DNA from: Patescibacteria group bacterium
GTDB lineage: Bacteria > Patescibacteriota > Patescibacteriia > UBA9934
NCBI GenBank assembly: GCA_041661425.1
Contig: JBAZUI010000001.1
Location: 8,507 to 72,506, forward strand
Length of the DNA: 64,000 bases
Reading direction: 5' to 3'
The translations under genes were made by a program, and so were the position numbers. Under the pieces are notes generated by a model. That model did not search any database and was not told where the DNA came from. It saw only the letters and a program-made list of their open reading frames with translations. Numbering within the stretch: the first letter of the stretch is position 1; each line of letters opens with the position of its first letter. Positions 29,059 through 39,373 of this stretch are shown here, in pieces.

Positions 29059-30000
29059 TTATTCTTTCATGTCTTTTTGATGGAGCACGGCTTTTGCACT
29101 GACTTTCTGTCGAACACAACGTTCCAGGAAATCAACAATTTTTTTTGAAACATCAATTCCGGTTGCGAGACTAATGCCTTCGAGTCCGGGGTTGGAATTC
29201 ACTTCAATCACTTTTGGACCGTGCTTCGTGCGTAAAATATCAACACCTGCCAAATCGAGTCCAAGAATGCGAGTGGCTTTGATGGCCATCAAGCGTTCCT
29301 CTTTGGTAAGATCGGCAACGCTCACGGTTCCGCCTTTGTGAAAATTTGCACGAAACTCGCCTGATTTTGCCGTGCGTTCCATGGCGGCGATCACGCGCTT
29401 TCGTAAAACGAAAATTCGCAAATCTTTTCCTTTGGCTTCGTGGATGTATTCTTGCACCGTGACCGGTCCATGTTCTTTTGTGGTGAGATATTCAACAATC
29501 GGCTGAAGGGAACGCGCCGACTCCGCTAAAAAGACCCCGCGGCCATGGGTCCCGTGAACCGCTTTGATAATCACCGGAAATTTAAATTCCTCTGCCGCTG
29601 TTTGCAATAGGGCCAAATCCTCAACAACAACGGTTTTTGGAACCGGGACCTTGAAATGATCAAGCATCTGAAGCGTACGAATTTTATTTTTTGCTCGAAA
29701 GACGCCAATGTAGCCATTGAGAACAAAAAAACCCGCAAGTTGAAATTGTTTAATAATGGAAGAGTTAACACTCGGATCCTCGGTAAATCCCGGTCGCACC
29801 AAAATAACGTCAAGATCCTTTGGTTCAAGCACTTTCCCTTTGTAAGTCAGGGTTTTTCCATTTCCGAAAACAAGACCAATGTAGGGTCGATAAAGAACCG
29901 TGACTTCATGGCCACGGGCACGTGCTTCTGCGATGATTCGGCTCGTTCCAATGGCAATTTGCTTCTTGGCGCTGACGAATGTGAGAATTCCAATATGCAT
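29059..30000 (-). CDS. rimK: RimK family ATP-grasp ligase
   Basis: G..GRGV, VQEYI, DLRIFV, FRANFH.GG, GVDI, EVNSNPG. Confidence 0.9.
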   Translation of the reverse strand: MHIGILTFVSAKKQIAIGTSRIIAEARARGHEVTVLYRPYIGLVFGNGKTLTYKGKVLEPKDLDVILVRPGFTEDPSVNSSIIKQFQLAGFFVLNGYIGVFRAKNKIRTLQMLDHFKVPVPKTVVVEDLALLQTAAEEFKFPVIIKAVHGTHGRGVFLAESARSLQPIVEYLTTKEHGPVTVQEYIHEAKGKDLRIFVLRKRVIAAMERTAKSGEFRANFHKGGTVSVADLTKEERLMAIKATRILGLDLAGVDILRTKHGPKVIEVNSNPGLEGISLATGIDVSKKIVDFLERCVRQKVSAKAVLHQKDMKE

Positions 30001-30020
30001 ACAATTAAAACGTTGGTATT

Positions 30021-31001
30021 CTATTGGGCTTTTGCTTCGAGGTCAAGGGAGGCTTGATACGCTCCTAGCATGCCATGAATTTCTTCTTTTGTCTTTGCCT
30101 CAACCAATTTCATGCGCCAGGATTTTGCCTCGGGAAGCCCTTTGAGATATTGGAGGAGATGTTTTCGAAAACTCGGGATGGCTCGTTCGCCGTATTGGGT
30201 GAGATGAAGATCGAGATGCGCTCGGATAACACGAAATCGTTCCTGCGTGTCCGCTGCGGTGATTGATTCTCCTCTCAACCGTGATTCGATTTCTTGAAAG
30301 ATCCACGGATTACCAAGCGCTCCACGACCAATCAACGCGCCGTCGCATCCGGTTTCTTCAATCGCCTTAAAAAAATCTTCAGCGCTTTGGATGTCGCCGT
30401 TATAGAGGATGGGAATTTTTGCGTTTGCCTTCACTTGTGCAATCACGTCACGTCGCGCAAGGCCAGCGTATCCTTGCGCCTGAGTACGGCCGTGAATCGA
30501 AATGAGATGAGCACCCGCCTCCTCGATAATTTTTGCAAAGGTGAGACACTCGTTTGGATCGCTCCAGCCAGTACGCATTTTAACAGATACGGGAACGGAT
30601 ACCGCCTTAACCACTGCTTGCACAATCGCCGCCGCGGTCTCGGGGTCTTTCATGAGTGCGGATCCATTAAAATTCGAAATGATTTTTCTGGCCGGGCATC
30701 CCATATTGATATCAATGCCATCGGGTTGTTTTTCTTCAACAATCCAATGAGCGGCTTCGGCCATAATCTTCGGATCAGATCCGAAAATTTGTTGAATGAT
30801 CGGGTGCTCGCTTTCGTGAATATCCGTCATCTCAACAGTCTTTTTATTCCCACGCATGATCGCTTCCGATGAGATCATTTCACGGAAAATAATCGGATGT
30901 GCCATGGTTTTCACGATGCGACAAAAGGGCGAATCCGTCATATCCGCCATGGGCGAAAGCGCCACAATCGGGTGCCTCATTTGATCCCAAGAAAAATTCA
31001 T
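30021..31001 (-). CDS. dusB: tRNA-dihydrouridine synthase (DusB family)
   Basis: LSPMA, DINMGCP, GSALM, VKMRTG, HGRT, NGDI, IGRGALGNPW. Confidence 0.93.
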   Translation of the reverse strand: MNFSWDQMRHPIVALSPMADMTDSPFCRIVKTMAHPIIFREMISSEAIMRGNKKTVEMTDIHESEHPIIQQIFGSDPKIMAEAAHWIVEEKQPDGIDINMGCPARKIISNFNGSALMKDPETAAAIVQAVVKAVSVPVSVKMRTGWSDPNECLTFAKIIEEAGAHLISIHGRTQAQGYAGLARRDVIAQVKANAKIPILYNGDIQSAEDFFKAIEETGCDGALIGRGALGNPWIFQEIESRLRGESITAADTQERFRVIRAHLDLHLTQYGERAIPSFRKHLLQYLKGLPEAKSWRMKLVEAKTKEEIHGMLGAYQASLDLEAKAQ

Positions 31002-31039
31002 ATTGCGAAAACCGTGAAAAAACGATACGATAGGCTTCT

Positions 31040-31429
31040 ATGCGATTAACGTCAAATGTCTTCATGATCGGGTTTGCCGCATTGGTTCTTGGCGGCGTTG
31101 TTTTTGCCGCAACAATGGCAAGCGGTCCAAAAATCAAACTCGATGATTTTGCTCAATGTATTTCGGATTCCGGGGGAGTAATGTATGGCACCTGGTGGTG
31201 TTCCAATTGTCAAAATCAGAAAGATGATTTCGGATCTGCGTTTAAGTATATCAATTTTGTGGAATGTTCGTCGCCTGGCGGCAAGGATTTTGATCTGTGC
31301 ACGGATAAAAATATTACGGCCGTGCCGGTTTGGGAAACCGCGGAAGGCTATCGCGCGATTGGTCGACAGTCATTGACCACATTGTCGGAAATGTTTAGCT
31401 GTTCCTTGCCAGAAGGTTATGTTGAATAG
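31040..31429 (+). CDS. thioredoxin-like protein, VKOR partner
   Basis: TM anchor, MYGTWWCSNCQ.QK..FG, VEC. Confidence 0.85.
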   Translation: MRLTSNVFMIGFAALVLGGVVFAATMASGPKIKLDDFAQCISDSGGVMYGTWWCSNCQNQKDDFGSAFKYINFVECSSPGGKDFDLCTDKNITAVPVWETAEGYRAIGRQSLTTLSEMFSCSLPEGYVE

Positions 31430-31859
31430 AAAGTGGTTGCTCATTATTTTGCTTGCGGCGAGTAGCGTTGGCATTGTCGCGGCTGGTTTTTCTACGGCTG
31501 CGCATTGGAATACAGGGCTTTATGGATTCTGCGAGCTTGGGGAATATTTTAATTGCAATGTCGTGAATACGAGCAAATATGCGGAAATCATGGGAGTGCC
31601 GGTTGCTTTATTTGGATTGCTTTCGTATACGGCTTTTTTTATTTACGGATTAATCTCGTTGAAAAAGCCATCATTGATTCTTTCGACATTCGCGGGCTCG
31701 CTCGCGATTGTGGGTCTTGGATTTAGTTTGTACTTATCGAGTGTTGAAGCATTTATTTTGCATACGTGGTGCGTTGTGTGTATTACGTCGCAAGTTGCCA
31801 TCATTCTTGTTGCGGCTTGCGTCTTTTGGATTCGATCAATTGATTCGAAAAACATGTAA
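31419..31859 (+). CDS. vitamin K epoxide reductase family protein
   Basis: C..C..V..S.YA..MGVPVA..G, WCVVC. Confidence 0.92.
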   Translation: MLNRKWLLIILLAASSVGIVAAGFSTAAHWNTGLYGFCELGEYFNCNVVNTSKYAEIMGVPVALFGLLSYTAFFIYGLISLKKPSLILSTFAGSLAIVGLGFSLYLSSVEAFILHTWCVVCITSQVAIILVAACVFWIRSIDSKNM

Positions 31860-31941
31860 GAATTTTCGCAACTCGACCATTGACAAATCGAGATTTTTGT
31901 TTTAGCGTGATTGATGCCTCAAGAGCAAGGAGCACCCCAAT

Positions 31942-32262
31942 ATGTCCGCTCTCTCCGTGCCGGACTTCATGGCGATCACGTGCCAGCTGGTCTCGGGTCT
32001 TTTCTCCTGTGCGGCCATTATCGCGCTCGCGGTGATGGCCTTCGCCTGGCACCGCACCCGTACGCGGTGTGCGAAGCTCGAACACGAGAACATGATTCTC
32101 GGCCATCTTCTCTACATGAATGAGAAGAAGCCTGGAATCTATAGAAAGATGATCATTCAGGTCTCTTTGCCTGAAGGTCAAAAAACCGTTCATCTGCACA
32201 GCGAGTACATGTCGTCGTCTTCTGTGGTCAGGTACTACGTGGACGACGTCGTCCCGAAGTGA
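31942..32262 (+). CDS. single-pass membrane hypothetical protein (SD-led cassette gene)
   Basis: TTGACA(31880)-17-TAGCGT, AAGGAG 31927-31932, hairpin plus TTTT at 32297-32327. Confidence 0.72.
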   Translation: MSALSVPDFMAITCQLVSGLFSCAAIIALAVMAFAWHRTRTRCAKLEHENMILGHLLYMNEKKPGIYRKMIIQVSLPEGQKTVHLHSEYMSSSSVVRYYVDDVVPK

Positions 32263-32327
32263 AGACGATCTGCTCGCCATCGACTCCCGGAGGCCTCCCC
32301 AGCGCACACGGTGCTCTGGGGCTTTTG

Positions 32328-32897
32328 TTATTTTAAGACGGTTTTATAAAAAGAGGATCGCGAGGAATCCTCCGGATTGAAAATTATTTCCTTTTGTACG
32401 TAAGAGAGCGTATTGATTTTGATGGCCTGATTTGACAAAGCGATTTGCTGATCATCAAAAGTGACCATGGTCTCTCCATCAATCGCCGCAATCTCGAGTT
32501 CATTGAGCCAGCTATAATGCACCATGGACGTTGTACCCGATACGGTCGTGAGAATTTCGCGAGTCGCGATCATTAATTCGCCGTCCACGACCATTCGTCC
32601 TTGAAGAAGGTTGACGGTTTCTTGTCCTTCGCGGCCGTCGATGATTTCGAGTTCCGTATTTTCATCGAGCCAGATGTCCGCGGTTCCAAGAACAAGATGG
32701 AGAGGTGATGATTCGGTAAAAGTTGAAATATCATCCCCACGACAATACATTTTTTCATCGGCTTGCGCGCAGGCATGGGTCAGTAATCCTTCGCCTCCGG
32801 CAAATGTGGCGTTCAAACGATTCCCAACCAGCAAAATGCTCCCGATTGATGCAAGTAGAAGAATCAGCGCGCGATACTCGTATTCGTGGTTCGCCAT
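32328..32897 (-). CDS. secreted/membrane hypothetical protein, FecR-like beta domain possible
   Basis: N-terminal TM; LDENTELEI...NLLQGRM..V pattern; ATG 1 nt after the era stop. Confidence 0.65.
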   Translation of the reverse strand: MANHEYEYRALILLLASIGSILLVGNRLNATFAGGEGLLTHACAQADEKMYCRGDDISTFTESSPLHLVLGTADIWLDENTELEIIDGREGQETVNLLQGRMVVDGELMIATREILTTVSGTTSMVHYSWLNELEIAAIDGETMVTFDDQQIALSNQAIKINTLSYVQKEIIFNPEDSSRSSFYKTVLK

Positions 32898-32898
32898 A

Positions 32899-33750
32899 TT
32901 ATTCCATGCGCTCAATCCAATGTGAATCCGTCTCAACGCGAAGATCCAAATAAACTTTTCGATCACTCACGGCTTCAAGTTCGTGTCGGGTTGATTGTCC
33001 AATTTCCTTAATTCCACGCCCGCCTTGGCCGACGATCATTCGTTCATACCGTTTTTCGCTGGTGAAAATAACGGCTTTGATGTAGACCGTGCCGTCCGGA
33101 CGTTCATCGATTTCTTCAACCTGGACCGAAACCGAGTAGGGGACTTCATCACGTAAACGCAAATAGAGTTTTTCGCGAATGAGCTCCGCAATTCGTTCTT
33201 CCATGGTGAGATTGGTGCATTCGCCTCCTGGATAGAGAAGTTCTCCTTCCGGGAGGTGGGCAAGGATCCAAGTGACAATCAAATTTGTATTAAAACCGGT
33301 CATGGCCGATACTTCAATCGTCTGATCAAAATTTTTTGAGAGATCGCGGTAGAAATCAAGAAAACGCTCTGCCTCCTTATCGTCGATTTTATTGATGACG
33401 AGCAGTGTTGGTTTTTTTGCTCCGCGGACAATCTGGAGCATCTTTTTTTCCTCATCGCCAATGTCGCGCGTTGGGTCCACCACGTAGACAACCACGTCAA
33501 GCTCCGCAAGAGCATTTTCGATATATTGCGTGAGCTTTTTCGTGAGCGGATCCTTCGCTTTTTGCATGAAGCCGGGAGTATCCACAAAAACAATCTGACC
33601 CTCGGGTTTGGTGACAATCCCTTGGATGGGTCGGCGCGTGGTTTGTGGCTTTGGTGTGGTAATGGCCACTTTTGTGCCCACGATTGTGTTGAGAAGCGTT
33701 GATTTTCCGACATTTGACCGCCCAACAATGGCGGCAAAACCTGATTTCAT
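32899..33750 (-). CDS. era: GTPase Era
   Basis: GRSNVGKSTL, QTTR, DTPG, NKID, KH domain. Confidence 0.98.
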   Translation of the reverse strand: MKSGFAAIVGRSNVGKSTLLNTIVGTKVAITTPKPQTTRRPIQGIVTKPEGQIVFVDTPGFMQKAKDPLTKKLTQYIENALAELDVVVYVVDPTRDIGDEEKKMLQIVRGAKKPTLLVINKIDDKEAERFLDFYRDLSKNFDQTIEVSAMTGFNTNLIVTWILAHLPEGELLYPGGECTNLTMEERIAELIREKLYLRLRDEVPYSVSVQVEEIDERPDGTVYIKAVIFTSEKRYERMIVGQGGRGIKEIGQSTRHELEAVSDRKVYLDLRVETDSHWIERME

Positions 33751-33805
33751 ATGGTGATTATTACACTAAGATGGTAGCATAGGCTAAAATCAACCTTTCT
33801 GCAAT

Positions 33806-34279
33806 ATGCAAGAACGTGAAGTGAAAATTCTTGAGGTGAATGTTGCCGCAGTCAAAAAAGAGCTTGAACGCCTTGGGGCACAGTGCGTTTTTGATGGAGT
33901 CATGGATGTCGCAACCTATGATTTTCCCGATCGTCGGCTTGAAAAGGATGGATGCTCATTTCGGTTGCGGAGTCGTGGCGCGGGTGGGGAATTGACGCTT
34001 AAAAAAATCATTGAAAATAAACGCATCAAGATCGCGGAAGAAACCGAGGTCGCGATTTCTGATATCGATCAAATGAAAACGATTCTCCAAGCGCTCAAGC
34101 TACGTGAGATAAAACACTATCAAAAACATCGGGCATCCTATCAGCTCATGAATATCCATTTTGAATTTGATACGCTTCCGGGAATTCCGACGTTTTTGGA
34201 AATTGAAGGGTCAAGTGAAGAGGAGATATTTGTGTGGGTTCGAAAACTCGGTTTTAGCGAAGACGAGGCAAAACCCTAG
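33806..34279 (+). CDS. CYTH / class IV adenylate cyclase family protein
   Basis: ExExK N-terminus, RLR, LTLK, K.R, FLEIEG; possibly premature TAG. Confidence 0.88.
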   Translation: MQEREVKILEVNVAAVKKELERLGAQCVFDGVMDVATYDFPDRRLEKDGCSFRLRSRGAGGELTLKKIIENKRIKIAEETEVAISDIDQMKTILQALKLREIKHYQKHRASYQLMNIHFEFDTLPGIPTFLEIEGSSEEEIFVWVRKLGFSEDEAKP

Positions 34280-34304
34280 GGCCGGAAAGAATTATTAGCG
34301 CATT

Positions 34305-34727
34305 ATGAACAATTCTGAACGTCGATTTCCAAAAGTTGGTGTGGCGTGCATCCTAATCAAAGACGGAAAAGTTCTTTTAGGGAAACGTCTTGGTGCGCAT
34401 GGTGCGGGAACCTGGTGTTTTCCCGGTGGGCACCTTGAATGGCATGAGGAGCTTGAGGATGCGGTACGCCGCGAAGTTCTCGAAGAGACGGGATTGATTC
34501 TTGATGATTTTTCGTTTGAAACGATAACAAATGACATCATGCAAGGCGAAGATCTTCATTATGTGACGATTTTTTATCGGGCGACGTGGAAGAATGGCGA
34601 CCCCTGCATTTGCGAACCGGAAAAGTGTTCTGCTTGGCAATGGTGTGATTGGGATCATCTCCCACAGCCCCTTTTTAGCCCGGTGCTTCGTTTATTGGAA
34701 ACAAAGTATCGTCCACCGAATTTATGA
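34305..34727 (+). CDS. NUDIX hydrolase (NUDT15-like)
   Basis: PGGHLE...REVLEETG, EPEKC..W.W. Confidence 0.92.
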   Translation: MNNSERRFPKVGVACILIKDGKVLLGKRLGAHGAGTWCFPGGHLEWHEELEDAVRREVLEETGLILDDFSFETITNDIMQGEDLHYVTIFYRATWKNGDPCICEPEKCSAWQWCDWDHLPQPLFSPVLRLLETKYRPPNL

Positions 34728-35161
34728 TTATTATTGCGCATGACATTCGCAGTCTCTATAATGTTGGATCGATTTTTCGAAATGCGGCCGCGTTTGGAGT
34801 TGAGAAAGTGTATCTCACGGGTTATACAGCAGTGCCTCCACGAAAAGAAATTGCAAAGGTGGCGCTCGGGGGAGAACAATTGGTTGATTGGGAGGCTGGG
34901 GTCATTGAGGTGGTGATTGATGAACTACGCGGACGTGGCTATCAAATTTTCGGGCTCGAAACCGGTGAAAAAACCATCCCAATAGAACAGGCGCCGCGAG
35001 TGCCAATCGCTCTTGTCCTTGGAAATGAGGTGACCGGAATCCCAAAAGAAATTCAAGAAAAACTCGATGGACTTTTGGAAATTCCCATGGAGAAAAAGCG
35101 CTCCCTCAACGTCTCGGTGGCGAGTGGGGTCGCCATGTTCATTTTGCAGGAACGATCGTGA
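34724..35161 (+). CDS. TrmH/SpoU family RNA methyltransferase
   Basis: NVGSIFR, LVLGNEV.G, SLNVSVA. Confidence 0.92.
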   Translation: MIIIAHDIRSLYNVGSIFRNAAAFGVEKVYLTGYTAVPPRKEIAKVALGGEQLVDWEAGVIEVVIDELRGRGYQIFGLETGEKTIPIEQAPRVPIALVLGNEVTGIPKEIQEKLDGLLEIPMEKKRSLNVSVASGVAMFILQERS

Positions 35162-35177
35162 TATACTTTGTTTATCT

Positions 35178-35891
35178 ATGTCAACCCTCTCTGTGGTGAT
35201 CCCGACGAAAAATGAAGAAGACTATCTTCCCCTTCTTCTTGCATCGATTAAAAAGCAGACATTTCAACCAAAAGAGGTGATTGTGGCTGACGCTCATTCT
35301 ACGGATCATACATCTGAGATTGCAAAAAAAGCAGGAGCACGAGTCGTGGAAGGTGGCATGCCAGGGCCTGGGCGCAATCGCGGAGCAAAAATCGCTACCG
35401 GCGACCTTCTTCTTTTTCTGGACGCTGACGTTGTCCTTCGGGACAATGAGATGCTCGAAAAAACCCTCAAAGAATTTGAGCGTCAGGGTCTTGATATCGG
35501 AACGCCGTTGATCCTTCCATTAAGTCAAAAAACGATCGATATTTTTTTTCACAAAATTTACAATCGGTATGTGCTTTTTTTGGGGAAGCATTGGCCACAT
35601 GCGCCTGGTTTTTTCATCTTGGTAAAGCGTTCAGTCCATGAACACATCCACGGATTTGATGAGCAAATTACATTAGCTGAAGATCACGATTATGCCATGC
35701 GTGCGGCGAAAATTGGGAAATTCGGCATCATGAAAAATATCTTCGTTCCCGTATCAGTCCGTCGATTCGATAAGGACGGTCGATTGACTATTGCGATGAA
35801 ATATTTTTTCGGTGAACTGCATCTTATTTTTCTTGGGCCCATCAAACATAATAAATTTAAATACGAGTTTGGCTACAAAAAGAAACCTTGA
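35178..35891 (+). CDS. glycosyltransferase family 2
   Basis: SVVIPTKNEE, RNRGA, FLDAD, GFDE...EDH. Confidence 0.92.
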   Translation: MSTLSVVIPTKNEEDYLPLLLASIKKQTFQPKEVIVADAHSTDHTSEIAKKAGARVVEGGMPGPGRNRGAKIATGDLLLFLDADVVLRDNEMLEKTLKEFERQGLDIGTPLILPLSQKTIDIFFHKIYNRYVLFLGKHWPHAPGFFILVKRSVHEHIHGFDEQITLAEDHDYAMRAAKIGKFGIMKNIFVPVSVRRFDKDGRLTIAMKYFFGELHLIFLGPIKHNKFKYEFGYKKKP

Positions 35892-35892
35892 T

Positions 35893-36474
35893 ATGTCACG
35901 CCCGATTCCACTCGACATTATTCCTTCTCATCTGTATCTCAGTGCAGAAGATCAATCAACCTTATTTGGTATTGGATCACCGCTCACGGTACGAACGTCG
36001 CATACGCAACCCGGTCAAGTTGTTTATGAAGAATGTGTGGAAGTGATGGGAAATAATAAGCGATCACTCAAATTTCGTATCATGGGACCAAATTGGGAAC
36101 AAAGTCATGTTGAGCTCACTCCCATCGAAGCCGGTTACCTTGGGTTGAAACCCCCGATGGCAAAAAGCGGGGATCTTCGCATGGCTTCACCCTGTCTTCT
36201 CCGTGGACCGGCCGGCGAAGTGCGTCTTGATTGTGGAGTCATTATCCCTCTCCCGCACCTTTTCTGCTCCCCAGATGACGCGAATGACCTTCGAGTGAAA
36301 AATGGAGACCATGTGGACCTTGATGTTATCGATGATTCGGGCGAAACGATTAAGGATGTGCTGGTGCGTGTCCATCCATCCTTCACGCTTCGCGCGGAAA
36401 TTCGCGCGGATCTTGCTTCGAATTTGTGGTTGGCGCGTTCTGCACATGCTCGTGTTCGTTTTTTTCCTGCATAG
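35893..36474 (+). CDS. PduL-like phosphate acyltransferase (divergent)
   Basis: two-repeat PduL pattern: H..LS..D...LFG, QPGQ, R.MGP, GP.G, GVII..H...SP.DA, VLVRV. Confidence 0.75.
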   Translation: MSRPIPLDIIPSHLYLSAEDQSTLFGIGSPLTVRTSHTQPGQVVYEECVEVMGNNKRSLKFRIMGPNWEQSHVELTPIEAGYLGLKPPMAKSGDLRMASPCLLRGPAGEVRLDCGVIIPLPHLFCSPDDANDLRVKNGDHVDLDVIDDSGETIKDVLVRVHPSFTLRAEIRADLASNLWLARSAHARVRFFPA

Positions 36475-36490
36475 GTTAAAATAGAGATAT

Positions 36491-37717
36491 ATGTTTCGAA
36501 CCATTGTCGTGAGTTGTGTCCTGATATTCCTTCCGGGAATTGCCTGTGCGATGAGTCCTGATTTGGGGCTTACAGCAAGCGACATTCACTTTTCCACCGA
36601 AACGCTTCGGGCCGGGGACGATATCCGCGTCTATGCCTCGGTTCGAAATTATGGCGAGGTCGATACCACAGGATACGTTTTTTTCTATTCCGGAACGAAG
36701 CCGATTGGGGAGAGTCAAGCGATCACCATTCCGATTGGCGGGGCAAAGGATGACGTGTGGGTTGATTTCACCGTGCCTTATGAAGCCTTCAATATTAGCG
36801 CGACTATTCGCGGACAGAATCCAGAGGATGTAAATCCTTCAAATGATTCTGCGCTCACCATGCTTTTTGATCCACTCGTGGATGATGATGAGGATGGAAT
36901 TGACGATGCCGAGGATAATTGTACTGATCACGCAAATGCAAACCAACTTGATACCGATGGCGACGGATTGGGCGATGCCTGCGATAGCGATGATGATAAC
37001 GACAGCGTGAATGATGAGAGCGAAGAAGATCAGGGGAGCGATCCGCTGGTTGTGGATACCGATGGCGACGGGGTCCAAGATGCGAGCGATGCGTATCCAA
37101 CGGATTCCTCAAAAACGGTTTTGGAAAAGCCGGTTGAATTGCCTCCGATTCCAGTCGTGACTCCTCAAGTTCTTGCCGCGGTCGATGAAGACAGTGAACC
37201 GGTTTATCGCGTTCCCGATTCCGCAACAACGTCCAGTGAAAAACCACTAACCACCAATACACTTCTCGCGATTGACGATTCTTCAGCTTCCGAACCCGTC
37301 CTTTTGGCAGATCGTCCATCAGAAAGTCTTCTCGATGTGGCAACCGATGCCTCTTTTACATTGGAACAGATTGACTGGAATACGTATGATTTTTTGGCTG
37401 ATATTCCCGAGAATGCCGTTGGGATGAGCTGGAGCTGGGATTTTGGGGATGGGAATAGCTCCTTGGACAATCCTGTGGAGCATACATTTGAAAAACCCGG
37501 TTCGTATCTTGTGACCCTGACGCTCACCACAGGCGCCAATGAGGTTCGAAGCGAGAGTGAAACGATTGATATTTCTATTTTTCATCTTTCAAACCCATTG
37601 GTGTACGGAACCATCGGGGTGATTTTTTTCATTATTTTATTGGTGATCCTCATGATCATTCGGGGGTGGGTGAGAGATTTTCGAAAAAAGAAAGAAATGT
37701 CGATTGATCGATCGTAA
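36491..37717 (+). CDS. cell-surface protein with CARDB-like, thrombospondin type-3 repeat and PKD domains
   Basis: signal peptide; DNC...AN.NQ.DTDGDGLGDACD; WDFGDG..H.F..PG.Y; C-terminal TM. Confidence 0.88.
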   Translation: MFRTIVVSCVLIFLPGIACAMSPDLGLTASDIHFSTETLRAGDDIRVYASVRNYGEVDTTGYVFFYSGTKPIGESQAITIPIGGAKDDVWVDFTVPYEAFNISATIRGQNPEDVNPSNDSALTMLFDPLVDDDEDGIDDAEDNCTDHANANQLDTDGDGLGDACDSDDDNDSVNDESEEDQGSDPLVVDTDGDGVQDASDAYPTDSSKTVLEKPVELPPIPVVTPQVLAAVDEDSEPVYRVPDSATTSSEKPLTTNTLLAIDDSSASEPVLLADRPSESLLDVATDASFTLEQIDWNTYDFLADIPENAVGMSWSWDFGDGNSSLDNPVEHTFEKPGSYLVTLTLTTGANEVRSESETIDISIFHLSNPLVYGTIGVIFFIILLVILMIIRGWVRDFRKKKEMSIDRS

Positions 37718-37726
37718 GAGAAGCGC

Positions 37727-39340
37727 ATGTTTTCATTTTTGAAATTTAAAACAAACTCGATTGCCAGTGCCGCCATTGTGGTTGGGAGTTTTTCGGTTCT
37801 TTCGCGATTTTTTGGTTTCATCCGTGATCGTATTCTTGCCGGAACATTTGGAGCAGGTGATACGCTTGATGCGTACTTTGCGGCATTTCGAATTCCAGAT
37901 CTTATTTTCCAGCTGGTCATTGTTGGGGCGCTTTCCGCAAGCTTCATTCCGGTGTTTACAAAATACTATAAAAAGGAGCATCCGGAGGAAGCGTGGCGAT
38001 TTACAAATGCGGTTCTCAATATCATGGCCATTCTATTTGGGTGTGCGGTCGTGGCCGCGATTGTATTTGCCGGCCCGCTGGCCGCTGTCATTGCTCCAGG
38101 ATTTGGACCAGAGAAACAAGCATTGGTCGCACAATTTTCTCAATATCTTTTCTTCGCGCAATTCTTGCTTGCGCTTTCGATGGTTTTTGGGTCTGTGCTT
38201 CAAGGCGCAAAACGTTTTTTTCTCTACTCACTCGCTCCGGTACTCTACAATGTTGGAATCATCATTGGCATTTTGTATTTAGTACCCATGTGCGGACCCA
38301 TGGGTCTTGTCTGGGGGGTTATCATTGGTGCTGGTTTTCATTTTCTTTTGCAAGTCGTCGGTGCTTTTGCCATTGGCTACCGGTATCAACCAACCATGCG
38401 CATGAAACGTGAGGATCGTCGCTATCTTGCGGTTCACCTTCTTCCGCGCGTGCTTGGACTTGCTGTTGGCCAAATCAATGTGACAGCAATGACGATTCTT
38501 GCCTCGGGTCTTGCCGTGGGATCGGTGGCGATTTTTCAATTTGCGTTTAATCTTGATTATTTTACGGTTGGCGTCATTGGGATCTCCTATGCCATTGCCG
38601 CTTTTCCCACACTTTGTGAGCTCTCTTCGGCCGGGCAAAAAGAAGGATTTATCGAAACCCTCTCTTCAACGATTCGTCAGATGCTTCTTTTTCTTGTTCC
38701 TGCCACGATCCTTTTTCTTCTTCTTCGTGCGCAGATTGTTCGTGTGGTGCTTGGGGCCGGCGTTTTTGATTGGGACGCGACCATTGCCACAGCCAATGCG
38801 CTTGGGTGGTTTGTTTTGAGTCTTTTTGCGCAATCGATTGTTTTTGTTCTTGTGCGCGCTTATTTTGCAAAACATGATACGTGGACGCCGTTTGTGATCG
38901 GTCTTTTTTGTGCGATCTTGAACGTGGTGATTGCCTTGCTTCTCGCTCCGAGCATGGGGGTCGCGGGACTCGCGATCGCTTTTTCCGCATCTTCGATGGT
39001 TCAATTGGCGCTTCTTTGGGTTTTGCTTCGTCTTCGCCTTGGGACGCTTCACGAATCACGTATTCTCTACTCGCTCCTTAAGTTTTCTATTGCTGGATTT
39101 TTCACCGCCTTTGCCGTGCAAGGAATGAAGTATGCAATCGTGACGGTCATTTCACTCGACACATTCTGGGGTGTTTTGGGACAGGGATTTATTGCCGGAA
39201 TGGTGGGACTCGTGGTCTATACTGGAATCACGTTGCTCCTTCGGAGTGAGGAGATGATTGAATTTTTCATGAGCATTCGAAGGAAGTTCTTACGAAAAGT
39301 GAAGACAACCGAAGTGATTGTCACGGAAATCGACACTTGA
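37727..39340 (+). CDS. murJ: lipid II flippase MurJ
   Basis: SRFFGFIRD...A..FGAG...DAY.AAFRIP; many TM segments. Confidence 0.95.
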   Translation: MFSFLKFKTNSIASAAIVVGSFSVLSRFFGFIRDRILAGTFGAGDTLDAYFAAFRIPDLIFQLVIVGALSASFIPVFTKYYKKEHPEEAWRFTNAVLNIMAILFGCAVVAAIVFAGPLAAVIAPGFGPEKQALVAQFSQYLFFAQFLLALSMVFGSVLQGAKRFFLYSLAPVLYNVGIIIGILYLVPMCGPMGLVWGVIIGAGFHFLLQVVGAFAIGYRYQPTMRMKREDRRYLAVHLLPRVLGLAVGQINVTAMTILASGLAVGSVAIFQFAFNLDYFTVGVIGISYAIAAFPTLCELSSAGQKEGFIETLSSTIRQMLLFLVPATILFLLLRAQIVRVVLGAGVFDWDATIATANALGWFVLSLFAQSIVFVLVRAYFAKHDTWTPFVIGLFCAILNVVIALLLAPSMGVAGLAIAFSASSMVQLALLWVLLRLRLGTLHESRILYSLLKFSIAGFFTAFAVQGMKYAIVTVISLDTFWGVLGQGFIAGMVGLVVYTGITLLLRSEEMIEFFMSIRRKFLRKVKTTEVIVTEIDT

Positions 39341-39373
39341 TGAAAAAACGTGAATTCTTTAAGATGATATCCT

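Noticed and set aside
33806-34318. Genome-wide stop-codon reassignment
   Set aside because: TAG and TGA both end conserved genes at expected positions (dnaJ, mnmA, rplQ; ligA, gatA)
36890-37100. Asp-rich DNA repeats
   Set aside because: Explained by thrombospondin type-3 calcium-binding repeats in the protein
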